A stretch of DNA of 64,000 nucleotides. Source: Candidatus Methylomirabilis sp. Lineage in GTDB: Bacteria > Methylomirabilota > Methylomirabilia > Methylomirabilales > Methylomirabilaceae. Position 1 is the stretch's first letter; every line of letters begins with the position of its first letter. Below, in pieces: positions 39,966 to 50,626 of the stretch. Under the pieces are notes generated by a model that searched no databases, was not told the origin of the DNA, and saw only the letters and a list, made by a program, of their open reading frames with translations. The stretch spans positions 1 through 64,000 of the forward strand of contig JBGQJI010000001.1 of NCBI GenBank assembly GCA_041498975.1. Direction: 5' to 3'. The position numbers and the translations under genes were made by a program.

Positions 39966-41537
39966 ATGCTGATACAGCCGATCACGGTGGAGATCATCGA
40001 TCAAATCAAGCCGATGATCTTCGATCTCGCCACCCGTTACCGGAAGACCCTGCGCGGCTGCCGCTATGCCGACATCCGCGTGGAGGTGGACGAGGGACAG
40101 TCCGCCGCGGCGGAGAACGGAGGGAGCAAGCATAGCAGCAAGGACTATGATTTTGCAGTCGGCATCCGCGCCCTGTCTGGCGACGACATGGTGGCGCCGG
40201 GCTATTTCGGACAATCGCTCGGGACAGCCGACCTGAGTCGGCTGGAACAGGTCGTGAAGGAAGGCCTCCGCCATGCGCACCACCGGGCCCGGGCCAATGC
40301 GGAACGAAAGGGAGCGATCAAGGGAGAGTTCGGCCCGCTGGCCGATGCCCTGACCAGCACAAGCCTTGCCCCCATCGAGATCCATCAGGACGTCGTCCCG
40401 GCCGTCTTCGCGATCGACCCACGTTCCGTTCCTTTGGAAGAGCTGGTCGCTCTCACAGCCGAGACCTCCCGGAGCTGCCTGGAGCTCGACTCCCGCGTCA
40501 AGTATACGTTCGTCTCGGCCTTCACGCTCTTGAGCCGGGAGTTGCTCTGCAGCTCCGAGGGCGCCAACATCGACCAGGGCTTTGCCCTGACTCAGGGGAC
40601 CTGCTTCGTCGTCGCGGATGGCAAATCGGGCGCGCAGGAGTTGTACGATTACATGGGACATCAGCGCGGATGGGAGGTGGTCACCCGGGGAGTCCAAGAG
40701 GAGTTCATGCGTTTTCCGGATTTTCGGACCTTCTGCGCGCACCTCACGAAGGACGCCGTCAGCCTGTGCAGCGCCCGCCCGCTCAAGGCCACGGAGAACG
40801 AGGTCGTGGTCGTGACCGACCCCCACTACAACACGCTGAAGGTCCACGAGATCGTCGGCCACCCGACCGAGCTGGACCGCGCCCTGAAGATGGAGGCCGG
40901 CTACGCGGGCCGGAGCTGGCTCCTTGGGAACCTGAACGAAACCCAAGTTGGCAAGATGATCGCCTCACCCCTGGTCTCGGCATTCTCCGACCCATCCCTT
41001 CCTGGGTATGGCCACTACACCTATGACCACGAAGGCACCCCGGGGAGAAGGGTGATGCATATCGACCATGGGGTCTTCGCAGGCTTCATGAACAGTCGCC
41101 AGACCGCGGCGGTCCTTGGCGCCCCACCGAACGGCTCCTACAAGGCGGCTGACGCCTCGCTGGTCCCGCTGATCAGGATGTCGAACACCGTGTTCGCCCC
41201 TGGCGATCAGGACCCGCAGGAAATCATCCGGGAGGTGGCGCACGGCTATTACCTTGTGGGGCATCGGACCCCATCCATCGCCGAATCCAGAGAAAACTTC
41301 CGGATCTCCGCCATGAAGGTCTACGAGATCAACCAGGGTCAGATCGGGGAGTTGTTCTGCAACGGCGGGATCATGGCCGATACCAAGGACTACCTGATGA
41401 AAGTTGATGCGGTGGGAAACGACTTCCGGCTCTACCCGATCCCCAACTGCGGCAAGGGGCAGCCGATGCAAACCAAGCGGCTCGGCAACGGCGGCCCCAC
41501 CATGCGCAGCCGCGCTCGCCTCACAGGAGTTAGCTAA
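39966..41537 (+). CDS. tldD: TldD metalloprotease
   Basis: HEIVGHPTELDR, RMSNT, C-terminal CGKGQP. Confidence 0.9.
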   Translation: MLIQPITVEIIDQIKPMIFDLATRYRKTLRGCRYADIRVEVDEGQSAAAENGGSKHSSKDYDFAVGIRALSGDDMVAPGYFGQSLGTADLSRLEQVVKEGLRHAHHRARANAERKGAIKGEFGPLADALTSTSLAPIEIHQDVVPAVFAIDPRSVPLEELVALTAETSRSCLELDSRVKYTFVSAFTLLSRELLCSSEGANIDQGFALTQGTCFVVADGKSGAQELYDYMGHQRGWEVVTRGVQEEFMRFPDFRTFCAHLTKDAVSLCSARPLKATENEVVVVTDPHYNTLKVHEIVGHPTELDRALKMEAGYAGRSWLLGNLNETQVGKMIASPLVSAFSDPSLPGYGHYTYDHEGTPGRRVMHIDHGVFAGFMNSRQTAAVLGAPPNGSYKAADASLVPLIRMSNTVFAPGDQDPQEIIREVAHGYYLVGHRTPSIAESRENFRISAMKVYEINQGQIGELFCNGGIMADTKDYLMKVDAVGNDFRLYPIPNCGKGQPMQTKRLGNGGPTMRSRARLTGVS

Positions 41538-41550
41538 AAACAGGAGCAAT

Positions 41551-41670
41551 GGCTTTCAGCCCTCAGCGGTCAGCAAGAACATGGGGAAGTGATAGGTGAC
41601 TCACTACTCATCAAGATGCACCGCGCCATGTCTGTCCTTGTGTTAGCTGATTGTTAAGAGCTGAGAGCTT
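41551..41670. repeat. Heptamer repeats with inverted copies
   Basis: ggctttc agccctc agcggtc agc ... gctgattgttaagagctgagagct; same family as 27653-27798. Confidence 0.5.
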
Positions 41671-41687
41671 CCTAGCGGGGGACTTAT

Positions 41688-43241
41688 ATGATGACAACCT
41701 CTGAACTGGCCAAAGCGGTTGAGCAGGCCCTCGAGTACCTGAAGTCCACCGGGCAGGTTGCCGAGGCCGAGGTGTTCGCCTCGAGCAACGCCAACCTGAT
41801 CGCCCGGCTGAACTACACCTCGCACATTCCCTGCAACGGGGTAGAGGAGCCGAAATCGACCGAGTCCGCCGGCCTCGGCATCCAGGCGGTCTTCAGGACC
41901 GACGAGGGAACCAAGATCGGGTTCGGGAGCGAGCCGAGCGACCTGAGCCTGGATGGGGTAAGACGAGCCCTGGAGAAGGCCAGGCGCGGAGCTGTCGCCG
42001 ACCCCGAATTCTCGTCGCTCCCGAGACCGACGGGTGAGCGGCGAAGGCTGCGTCGCTACCACGACCCGAAACTGATGAAGATCAGGGACGACGGGCTGGT
42101 CGAGGCCGGCTGGAAGGTGCTGCGCGGGGGGCTGCACACCTTCATGGCCTCGCCCCGGCTGGCCGAGCTGGCCGGCGGGCAGGAGCGGGTCAAGGACCTG
42201 GGCCTGATCCTTGGTGGCGACGTGACGATCCTGCAGGAGCGGATCGCCATCGCCTCAAGCGCTCTGCCAGAGGTCCAGACCGATGAATCGACCCTGATCA
42301 TGTCTTTCGTCACCGCCATGGTCGAGGCCAAGGCCTCCAAGGGGACCGGCTGTACCACCGGCACACGGCTGGAGGGGTTCACCGACGAAGCCGGCGTTGA
42401 AGCCGCGCGAAACGCCATCGCGGCGATCGGCGGCGAGCGGATTAAGAGCGGCGAATACACGGTCATCTTCGAGAGACAGCCTGTGGCTGACCTCCTGAAC
42501 AACATCATCCTCCCCTCCCTCACCCTCAGCGCCTTTTACAGCGACAGCTCCACCTTCATCGGGAGGCTGGGCAAGAAGGTTGCGTCCAGGCAGTTTACCC
42601 TGTATGACCACGGCGCCCAGCGCGATCTGATGGGCAGCAAAGGGATCACGTGCGAGGGGCTGCCGACCGGCAAGACGCGGCTGATCCAGCGCGGGAAGCT
42701 GGTCGGCCTGCTCAGCAACCACTACGAACAGCAGCGGATCTTGAAAGACCCCAAATCCCAAGAGAAGCTGGGGGCGGACCCCGGTCGCCACATGAAGGGG
42801 ATCGTCCCCCGGAACGGCTTCCGGTTCGGACCGGGAGGCGGGCGCCAGTTCAGCGCCCAACCCGGGATCGCCGCGACCAATGCGATCGTCGAAGGAGGCG
42901 AGCACAGCCTCGACGAGCTGATCGCCACGGTGAAAGACGGCCTTCTGATCGGCCGGATCTGGTACACCTACCCGATCAACGGGCTCCGGGCCGGCGACTT
43001 CACGTGCACGGTGGTCGGCGACTCGTACATCATCAGAGATGGACGGGTCGCCGCGCCGCTGAAACCGAACACCGTCCGGATCAGCGGCAATATCCACACC
43101 ATCCTGTCGAATATCGTCGGAATCGGCAAAGAGGTGAAGGGAACGCTGGTCTGGGCCGCAGACGAGGTAATCCACGCTCCCCAGATCGCCGTCCGTGGTG
43201 TGAAGATCGACGAAATCGCCGGCTTCATGGAACACCTCTGA
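41688..43241 (+). CDS. pmbA: PmbA/TldE partner subunit
   Basis: Follows tldD; no HExxxH; IWYT, GDFT, IIRDG pattern. Confidence 0.85.
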   Translation: MMTTSELAKAVEQALEYLKSTGQVAEAEVFASSNANLIARLNYTSHIPCNGVEEPKSTESAGLGIQAVFRTDEGTKIGFGSEPSDLSLDGVRRALEKARRGAVADPEFSSLPRPTGERRRLRRYHDPKLMKIRDDGLVEAGWKVLRGGLHTFMASPRLAELAGGQERVKDLGLILGGDVTILQERIAIASSALPEVQTDESTLIMSFVTAMVEAKASKGTGCTTGTRLEGFTDEAGVEAARNAIAAIGGERIKSGEYTVIFERQPVADLLNNIILPSLTLSAFYSDSSTFIGRLGKKVASRQFTLYDHGAQRDLMGSKGITCEGLPTGKTRLIQRGKLVGLLSNHYEQQRILKDPKSQEKLGADPGRHMKGIVPRNGFRFGPGGGRQFSAQPGIAATNAIVEGGEHSLDELIATVKDGLLIGRIWYTYPINGLRAGDFTCTVVGDSYIIRDGRVAAPLKPNTVRISGNIHTILSNIVGIGKEVKGTLVWAADEVIHAPQIAVRGVKIDEIAGFMEHL

Positions 43242-43395
43242 GAGATCAAGACATGCGGCACCATGTCGCGCGAGAGAGTTGCCCTGCCGAGCGGCCGCGC
43301 CCGACGGGCCAGGCACGGGCCGTCGACCATCACCAACACTGTGATCACGAACAAGATGGAGAACGCTTAAGAAAGCTCAAAGGAAGGGAGATGTC

Positions 43396-44625
43396 ATGAA
43401 GCGATACGCCATGACGGGACGGTTGATGTGGGTCGCGCTCAGCGCCGTGCTCATGTCGGGAGCCACCTCCCCGGCCCTCGGAGAGGTCTGCCTTTCCCCC
43501 TATGTGAAGCAGCGGACCGGACAGGAGAGGTACCTGTATGTCTGGTCGGTTGACGCCGACGCCAAGGACAATGACTTTCTGGCGGTGATCGACGTGAATC
43601 TCGCCTCGCCCACGTACGGCAAGATCCTGACCACCATCGACATCGGGTCGAAGGGGAACGAGCCGCACCACATGGGCTTCACCGACGACCGGGCCAGGAT
43701 CTGGGCAGGCACCCTGTTCAGCAACAGGATCTTCATCTTCGATGTCGCGAGCGATCCGGCGCGACCCAGGATCATCAAGGTCCTGGACGACCTGGGCAAG
43801 ACGACCGGGATGATGAGCCCTCACACGCACTATGCCCTCCCCGGCAGGATGTTGATCAGCTTCCTCTCCAAGGCCGACGGAGGGCTGCCGGGGGGAATGG
43901 CCGAGTTCACGAACGACGGGCAACTGATCCGGACGATCCCGAACCCGGAATCCGCCCCCTACGCCTATGATCTAGCGATCAAGCCGGACCTGAACCTGAT
44001 GGTGACATCCAGCTTTGTCCCGTACAGGAACTACTCCAAACCGCTCAGCCAGTGGGACATGAAGGACGGCGGCAACACATTGCTGGTCTGGGACTTCAAG
44101 GAGCGGAAACTCCTCCAGACGCTCCAAACCGGGCCGGTCCCGCTGGAGGTCCGGTGGTCGCTGAAGCCCAAAGCGGCCTACGGCTTCACCAACGTGGCCC
44201 TGGACGACAGCCTCTGGATGTTCAAGCGGACGAACGGGAAATTCGCCACCAAGAAGGCAGCGGACCTGGGAAAAGGGTGCCTGCCCGCCGATCTTCGACA
44301 GTCCCCGGACGACAGGTACCTTTACGTGAGCTGCTTCCTGAAGAACGAGATCCAGGTCTGGGACGTGAGCAATCCGGAGAAGCCCAAGCTCCACGACACG
44401 CTGGTGCCGGGCGTTCAGCCCAATATGATGCACGTCACCGCCGATGGCAAGCGGATGTACATCTCTAACTCACTTCTCAGCACCATGGACCAGGCGGACC
44501 GATTCTGGGTTCGCCTCGCGCACATCGGGCCAGACGGCAGGATCAAGCTGGATCCCTTCTTCAACGTCAGCTTCATGGACTTCCAGGGCGGTCCCGCCCG
44601 CGCCCACGACATGCTCCTGTACTAG
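43396..44625 (+). CDS. Secreted SBP56/methanethiol oxidase-like beta-propeller
   Basis: Signal peptide; CLSPY..GQExYLYVW, NEPHH, PHT, PLEVR, DGKRMYISNSLL, AHDM. Confidence 0.85.
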   Translation: MKRYAMTGRLMWVALSAVLMSGATSPALGEVCLSPYVKQRTGQERYLYVWSVDADAKDNDFLAVIDVNLASPTYGKILTTIDIGSKGNEPHHMGFTDDRARIWAGTLFSNRIFIFDVASDPARPRIIKVLDDLGKTTGMMSPHTHYALPGRMLISFLSKADGGLPGGMAEFTNDGQLIRTIPNPESAPYAYDLAIKPDLNLMVTSSFVPYRNYSKPLSQWDMKDGGNTLLVWDFKERKLLQTLQTGPVPLEVRWSLKPKAAYGFTNVALDDSLWMFKRTNGKFATKKAADLGKGCLPADLRQSPDDRYLYVSCFLKNEIQVWDVSNPEKPKLHDTLVPGVQPNMMHVTADGKRMYISNSLLSTMDQADRFWVRLAHIGPDGRIKLDPFFNVSFMDFQGGPARAHDMLLY

Positions 44626-44727
44626 TGCCGTCCCAACTATTTGGCCTCACGACAGATGATGTGTGGGTAACTCAATCGGCCTCTGCATCGCGTCCTTGTT
44701 TGTCCGAAAAAACTGGAACGGCACTGA
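44622..44727. mobile_element. MITE-like element, copy 2
   Basis: ctaGTGCCGtcccaac...ctggaaCGGCACtga; interior similar to 52487-52601; overlaps the SBP56 stop codon. Confidence 0.65.
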
Positions 44728-45125
44728 TAGCCTGAGAATGACGTCGGCGCGAAGCCACGGTGACATTCCCGACCCCGAACGGGAACGTCACCAATCGGAT
44801 CCATCGCGGCGTCGCTCGAGGCCCGAATCATAAGGGCAGGGAGGTCACCACCCGCATCTACCATACCGTCGGCAATCGCCCTATTCACGTCATCCGAGAG
44901 GTGCGATCCACGCGGCGGGCAGGCTGAACAAGGCAACTCGTCTGCGGGAAACGGGCTGATAGACTGGATGCGCTAAAGGTTCACGTCGTGAAGGCGGCGC
45001 CAGACCTTCAGCCCCCTTCTTTGGGGGTCGTCTGTTGGGCGGGACCCGATCGCTCACCCGCCTGCTGGCGCCAGTGGGACGCCGTCAGCGGGGAAAGGTC
45101 GGGACGCGCGGGCATTTCCCTTGCG

Positions 45126-45296
45126 TCAGGCTGGCTTCCCCAACTGGCGATAGAGGAACTCTTCCTGTAGCGGGCTCAGGCCGAACTCTCGGCTGGCTTG
45201 GTCGATCAGCTCCCCACGGTTGGCATCCGGTTCTTCCCTGAGTCGATCGCTCATCCATTCGATCGCACGTCTTAACGCCGCATCCTCGATCGTCAT
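45126..45296 (-). CDS. Small hypothetical protein
   Basis: LRRAIEWMSD...LIDQASREFGLSPLQEEFL; GGAGG upstream. Confidence 0.75.
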   Translation of the reverse strand: MTIEDAALRRAIEWMSDRLREEPDANRGELIDQASREFGLSPLQEEFLYRQLGKPA

Positions 45297-45424
45297 CTTT
45301 TCCAAGACCTCCCGTGAGTTGCTGGCGACCGCGACCGGGCGCCGGCAATCCCCTGTAAGCTCGGCTGGCACAGGCCATTGTGGAACCGGACGCCGAAAAT
45401 CGGAAGCAGGACAGATGCCCCTCG

Positions 45425-46078
45425 CTACCGGGAACCCTTCCCTGCCGTTCCTAAGCCCTCAGACTCTTGCTTCAGCCGCATCTTCTTGACGAGAGACTCA
45501 TACGACTGCGTGTGAATGATCTTGTTGAACTGAGTCCGGTAATTCCCGACGATGCTGATATCGTCGATCACCACATCGTAGGCGGCCCAGGTGCCATCTC
45601 GCCGGAAGAGGGCGAAGTCCACGAAGGTCGGGTCATCCCGTTTCGAGAGGAACTTGGTCTTGACCGTGGCAACCTGCCCATCGACCGCCTCCGAAAGATA
45701 GACAACTCGCTGATCGGCGAGGTGATCGACCACAAGCCGCGTGTAGGATTCCACGAACAGGCCCCCGAAGAGGTCGACGAAGTCATGACGTTCCTGTTCC
45801 GACCGCTTTGTCCAATGGCCGGCCAGGGAGCGCCGCGCCATCTCTTCGACATCGAACCACTGAAAGATCATCTCCTTGACCCTCGCTTTCCGTTCTTCCT
45901 CCTTTGCCGCCCCCCGCAGGGCCGGGTCCTTCACAACGGCGCTGACCCGGTCCAGCTCGCCCTTCACCCGATCGGTCGTCTCCCCCGCCTGGACCGATGC
46001 TGCGAAGGCTACCCACAGCAGAGCAATCCCTCCAGCCATCACTCCCTTTCGTGCAACCAACCTAGCTCGACGCATCAT
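45425..46078 (-). CDS. MlaC/Ttg2D (HpnM-like) periplasmic lipid-binding protein
   Basis: FDVEEMARRSLAGHW, YDVVIDDISIVGNYRTQF. Confidence 0.9.
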   Translation of the reverse strand: MMRRARLVARKGVMAGGIALLWVAFAASVQAGETTDRVKGELDRVSAVVKDPALRGAAKEEERKARVKEMIFQWFDVEEMARRSLAGHWTKRSEQERHDFVDLFGGLFVESYTRLVVDHLADQRVVYLSEAVDGQVATVKTKFLSKRDDPTFVDFALFRRDGTWAAYDVVIDDISIVGNYRTQFNKIIHTQSYESLVKKMRLKQESEGLGTAGKGSR

Positions 46079-48821
46079 GTCGGAATTCTCCTTCGGACCT
46101 GGCACCCGTTTTTTCCTTCATCCCTGACGGCCGTTTGGCGGCGAGTGTGAGCAGGGCAGGCAGGAGGGTCAGGGAGACGGCCAGCACGCTGCCCACCCCA
46201 AGCGTCACCAAGAGGCCGATGCTGAAAGCCCCGCGGTGATGAGCGACCATCAGGCTCCCGAAGCCAACCATCGTCGTCAGCGAAGAGAGGGTCACGCCCT
46301 TTCCGATGCTCCTTGGAAGGACGGCGGACTCCGCTTCCTCACGGTAGCGGTGAACGATCAGGAGCCCGTTCTCCACGCCGGGCGCGACGATCAGCGGGAT
46401 GATAATGAGGTTGGCAAGATTAAACTTCACCCGGAAGACCAGCATCAAGCCAGCGGTCCAGACGGCGCCAACCAGCAGCGGGACCTTTGCCAGAAGGAAG
46501 TACCGCAGGTCGCGGAAGTTCAACAGGATGAGGATCGCGACCCCGACCAGGGCGTAGATCCCGACCTGCTGGTACCCCCGCTTCATCGTCGCGATGACTT
46601 CGTGCCCCTCAACCGGGTCGCCGATGGCGTCCGGATCAACCCTTCGCAGGTCAGCGACGAACGCCGCCTGGGAGGCGACTTCCCACGGACTCTGGCGCGA
46701 GAAGACGCGTACTAGGTACGACCCGTCCCGGCCGATGAATTGCTTTTTCAGATCGCGCGGCAGGTCCTCCATCACCACCGGCCCTGACGCCACCGCCCTG
46801 GCAAGGAGCGCCACCTTGTCATGGAAGTCATGCACCAACTCGCCCTGATAGGTGGAGAGCCTGCGGCGGACCTCTTCGGGGTCGTGTCGCGCGAGAAGCA
46901 TCTGAAACTCTTCGATAAGGCGCCTGACTCGCCCCATCATCTCAAGGGGCGGCGTGTCTTTCCGATCCCATTTCTCAATTTCCTCCGGCGTGAGCATCTT
47001 CGCCTTGATCCGGCTCAGCGTATCCAGGAGTCCCTCGAGGTCAACCGGCGCGGGAGGGGCCACCTCCAGGCTTACACCTTCCAGAACAGGCTTGAGCTCG
47101 CGGAGGAGCGGAAGTTTGCGTTCCTGATCCTCCGGCATGACGGTGGCGATGCTCTCCACCTTGCTGATTGTGGGAAGAGACTCGAGGGCGAGCGTCTTCT
47201 CCCTGACCTCTTCCAATGTCCGAGCCAGGATCACTCCATACGAGGTGGAACGCTCGGAGTTCTTAATGATCTTCAGTTCCCAAGTCACCGACTCGGTCCC
47301 CTCGGCTTGCAGACGGAGGACATTTCCATCGAATCCGACCTCGGTCAACGCATACAGGGCGACCACGGTGGCGAGCCCCGAAAGCGCGAGGACCGTCCGC
47401 GGCCGCCGGTAGCAGGCTTCCAGGAAGGCTGGAGGCCGAAGCGAGAGGGACGGCGGCACGACGGCCACGACAGCCTTCCGTCTGTCCCAGAGCAATAGCA
47501 GCGGCGGCAGGACGGCGAAGGTCGAGACCAGCGTCAACAGCAGGCCGCTGCCAGTGATGAAGCCCAGCTCCCGCAGAGCGCTGATCTTCGTGAGCAAAAG
47601 GGTGAAGAGGGCCACGGACGTTATCACAGCGGCCTGAAGGATGCCAGGACCGGCCCCCTCGAAGGCCCGCTCTAGCGCCTCTCGGATGGAATAGCCTTGG
47701 CCCCGCTCCTCCTCGTACCGTGCCAAGAGGTGGATCCCGTAGTCCATCCCGATCCCGATCAGCATCGGCGCCAGCACCACCGAGAGCATGTTCAGGTGGC
47801 CGACCGTGATCGCGGCGAACCCGAAGGCCCAGCACACGCCCATGATCAACGCGATAAGGCCCATCAGTGGACGGAGTATGCCCCGGAACACCACCACCAC
47901 CAGCAGGGCGACCCCGACGAGCGAGATGACGGTAGCCAGACCGCTGTCTCGCTGGGCAGCGTTCACCTCATCGTACTCCAGGGCCGGATCTCCCGTCACG
48001 CCGGCCTTGATCCCGGGATACTGCTGTTGCAGCGTTCGGATCTCCTTGCGGATCCCCTCGATCGGCCGCTGGAATCTGATAAAGCTCTCGGCATCCCCTT
48101 TCACGGTGGCCAGGACAAAGAGGAATCGCTTGTCTTCGGACCACAGGTAACCATCCCGGTCATCGTTCTCGTCAATGTCGGTGAAGAACCGGCTCCATGG
48201 AGAGGCGTAGACGCGCGGGCCCTCCGTCCAAGCCTTGAGCTGTTCCAGCAGGACGACAAGCGGCGCGAGGTCAACTGGGCGCTGCTCCTCCCCATCGCTC
48301 TCCTCCAAGAAGCCGGTGAACAGGTGGCCGACCAGGGCCTTGCTGATCTCTCTCTGGATGAGGTGGAACAAGCGGTTGAGCCCGGGTTCGGCAGAGAGCT
48401 CTTCCAGAAGCGCCCGATGCTCCTGCAGCTTGCCTTTCAGGTCAACCAGCTCTTGCGGGGAGAGGTAGAGGAGGAAGTGATCCTCCAACGCCTTCAGGTC
48501 GAAGCGCTCGAGCACCTCTTCGACCCCAGGGACCTGAGCTCTGAGCCGCCGGGCGAGGGCGGCGGCAAAGCGCTTCGCTCGATCCTGATCGTCGGACTGG
48601 ATCACGATGATCGCCCGATCGCGGTCGCCAAACGCCTGGCGGTATTCTTCCTGAAGCTGGGCGAGCCTCCCCTTGAGGGGGGCCAGGGCGGAGCGCGTGG
48701 AGGTGAAGCTCAATCGTTGAACCGTCACGTACACCGACAGGAGGGTCAGGAGAAGCGCTGAGATCAACGTGATCCACGGGTGCGCAAGGACCGTGCGCGC
48801 GATGAGCTTTCGCAACCTCAT
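46062..48821 (-). CDS. hpnN: MMPL/RND transporter, HpnN-like
   Basis: VGHLNMLS, LIGIGMDYGIH, two TM blocks; adjacent to an MlaC/HpnM gene. Confidence 0.85.
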   Translation of the reverse strand: MRLRKLIARTVLAHPWITLISALLLTLLSVYVTVQRLSFTSTRSALAPLKGRLAQLQEEYRQAFGDRDRAIIVIQSDDQDRAKRFAAALARRLRAQVPGVEEVLERFDLKALEDHFLLYLSPQELVDLKGKLQEHRALLEELSAEPGLNRLFHLIQREISKALVGHLFTGFLEESDGEEQRPVDLAPLVVLLEQLKAWTEGPRVYASPWSRFFTDIDENDDRDGYLWSEDKRFLFVLATVKGDAESFIRFQRPIEGIRKEIRTLQQQYPGIKAGVTGDPALEYDEVNAAQRDSGLATVISLVGVALLVVVVFRGILRPLMGLIALIMGVCWAFGFAAITVGHLNMLSVVLAPMLIGIGMDYGIHLLARYEEERGQGYSIREALERAFEGAGPGILQAAVITSVALFTLLLTKISALRELGFITGSGLLLTLVSTFAVLPPLLLLWDRRKAVVAVVPPSLSLRPPAFLEACYRRPRTVLALSGLATVVALYALTEVGFDGNVLRLQAEGTESVTWELKIIKNSERSTSYGVILARTLEEVREKTLALESLPTISKVESIATVMPEDQERKLPLLRELKPVLEGVSLEVAPPAPVDLEGLLDTLSRIKAKMLTPEEIEKWDRKDTPPLEMMGRVRRLIEEFQMLLARHDPEEVRRRLSTYQGELVHDFHDKVALLARAVASGPVVMEDLPRDLKKQFIGRDGSYLVRVFSRQSPWEVASQAAFVADLRRVDPDAIGDPVEGHEVIATMKRGYQQVGIYALVGVAILILLNFRDLRYFLLAKVPLLVGAVWTAGLMLVFRVKFNLANLIIIPLIVAPGVENGLLIVHRYREEAESAVLPRSIGKGVTLSSLTTMVGFGSLMVAHHRGAFSIGLLVTLGVGSVLAVSLTLLPALLTLAAKRPSGMKEKTGARSEGEFRHDASS

Positions 48822-49051
48822 CGATCAGGTCTCGCCGGGATGCGCCGCGGGCCGCACACCACCGCCTGGGGAAGGCGCGGGGCGTTCAGCTTTATCACTG
48901 TGTGATCGCTCGCGCCGTTCAACTTTTCGAATTCCTAAGCTGGGGACCGGTCGGCCGATCGGCTTCCCACTTCGGGCAACGATCGCCGCAGCCCACCAAC
49001 CCGCAGGCGCGACATGAGAGGATCTTGGTCGTCATCAGATCGTCCAGCGAT

Positions 49052-49822
49052 TCACTCCAAGAGTCGCATGACAGGGATCATCCTTCGATCGAATTTCTCG
49101 AAGGTTTCGCTCCGGAGGGAATCGATTGACCGGTAACAGGCCTCCACCTGCTGAAGAAACTGATCCAGTTCCAGTCCGAAGCTGGCCGGGCGGTAGTCCT
49201 TGACTTTCGCCAAACCTTCCCTCAGGAGGCTCAGGGCGCCTTTGAGGTTCCTGTTCTCCAGATGGTGGAAAGCGACCGCTATCTGTATCAACCCCTGTAA
49301 CAACGGCCGCGTCTGCTCCCCCTGCTTGAGCCAGACAGCTTCTAGGATCTCGTGCACCTCGAAGAAAAGTCCTTCATTGAAGAGGCAGGTTGCCTCCTCG
49401 ATTGCTCGCTCCACCTCGCCCGCCGGTCGAATCTGGCGCCGAGACAGCATCTCCAGGGCACGACAGTAGGCCTCAGCCCTCGACGTCGCAGCGGGAAGCT
49501 CTCTCTGTAGTTCCTCACCCAGCGCCACCCAGCGCTGGCCACTGCGGGTCCCATGGGCCTGAAAGAGCTTCGAATCGATCAGCTCCTCGATGGATTCCTC
49601 CGCAGATGCCTGAACCTTGACCTCGCGGAAGGCACCCTCGACTGCGCCAAGGAGGGCGCCGAACGGAACCTCTACGTGCCCTTGCGCCCGGGCGAGGCGA
49701 ACAACCGAGCGAAGCGCATACAGAGGCGCTGCCCGCTCCGGCTTGCAGAGTGCCTCGCCTAACAGCTCGCTCAGCCGGTCGCGCAGCTCGAGGTTCCTGA
49801 TTGGCGGCGGTGCGTCCCGCAT
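49052..49822 (-). CDS. DUF309-domain protein with N-terminal extension
   Basis: LFNEGLFFEVHEILEAVW...LQGLIQIAVAFHH. Confidence 0.85.
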   Translation of the reverse strand: MRDAPPPIRNLELRDRLSELLGEALCKPERAAPLYALRSVVRLARAQGHVEVPFGALLGAVEGAFREVKVQASAEESIEELIDSKLFQAHGTRSGQRWVALGEELQRELPAATSRAEAYCRALEMLSRRQIRPAGEVERAIEEATCLFNEGLFFEVHEILEAVWLKQGEQTRPLLQGLIQIAVAFHHLENRNLKGALSLLREGLAKVKDYRPASFGLELDQFLQQVEACYRSIDSLRSETFEKFDRRMIPVMRLLE

Positions 49823-50152
49823 CAGAGATCGGGCACGATGCCAGGGTCGGCCACAAGGGCTCGAACCGCCTCAGAAGACAGAGGCCGCTCGGAGATCTCA
49901 TGAACCGATGGACTTTCCGTCAACGACGTGTCTCGACTGCCCGTCATCCCGGTCCCCCTCATCGACCTGGCGACCGATTGCGGTGGCTTCAGCGGCGTGA
50001 GCTGTCATTATAACAGGGCGTTGCAACCTCGCGTAACGTTTTCTCTTTCCTCGAGCGAAGCAGTACCCTTCGCTGGGGGGCGCGGCACCGACCTTACCGA
50101 TCCCCTTCCGTCTCTCGATCCGAGCCACCGATTCGTATCAATTCTGAACGCT

Positions 50153-50407
50153 TGGGGGCATAAGGCTGGGACTAGGTTGCCTGGAGGCCCGTGAGCCCTG
50201 ATCGCGGATGCCAATACGTCGCCGCCCCACTCCGGAATCCGGGGCCGACTCCTCTCGGGAGAGAGTTTAGACCCTGGCCGGTGCGGAAGAGATCAGGCTA
50301 CATGTCGCCAGTCGGCAGGCCCTGCAGGTAGGAAGGCGCAGAGGCGCCGTGGTCGATGTTACTAAGCGGAGCGGGAAATAATAGATGACACGTCCGCCCG
50401 CCCCTCA
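50153..50407 (+). ncRNA. Candidate structured ncRNA, family unassigned
   Basis: Nested complementary segments, a GNRA-capped hairpin and no credible ORF (see findings). Strand is tentative. Confidence 0.4.
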
Positions 50408-50626
50408 TCGGACTCTCGCCCGGACTGTGCGGCCTGGGCTCGAGTGTCGCCTCATTCACGCTCCGCACAGTATCCTTCCGGGCGGCGTCTCTGCGCGTCC
50501 AGTTCGGTCAGCCCCAGGTGAAGCTTGCCAGGCCCCATATCGCATGGCTGGCCATAACCTCCTCCACCTGGGGGTGGAGGAATGAAGGGGCATCCCTCCG
50601 CAGAACGGCCACGAAGGGAACTGTGC

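Noticed and set aside
39966..43241. tldD/pmbA as part of a RiPP cluster
   Set aside because: No precursor, YcaO or radical SAM gene is adjacent; the pair is commonly stand-alone.
50153..50407. Assignment as tmRNA, RNase P, SRP or raiA RNA
   Set aside because: No TTCGA T-arm, GAGGAAAGTCC or CAGGTCCGGAAGG cores; only a short gccagtc..gcaggc resemblance to raiA.
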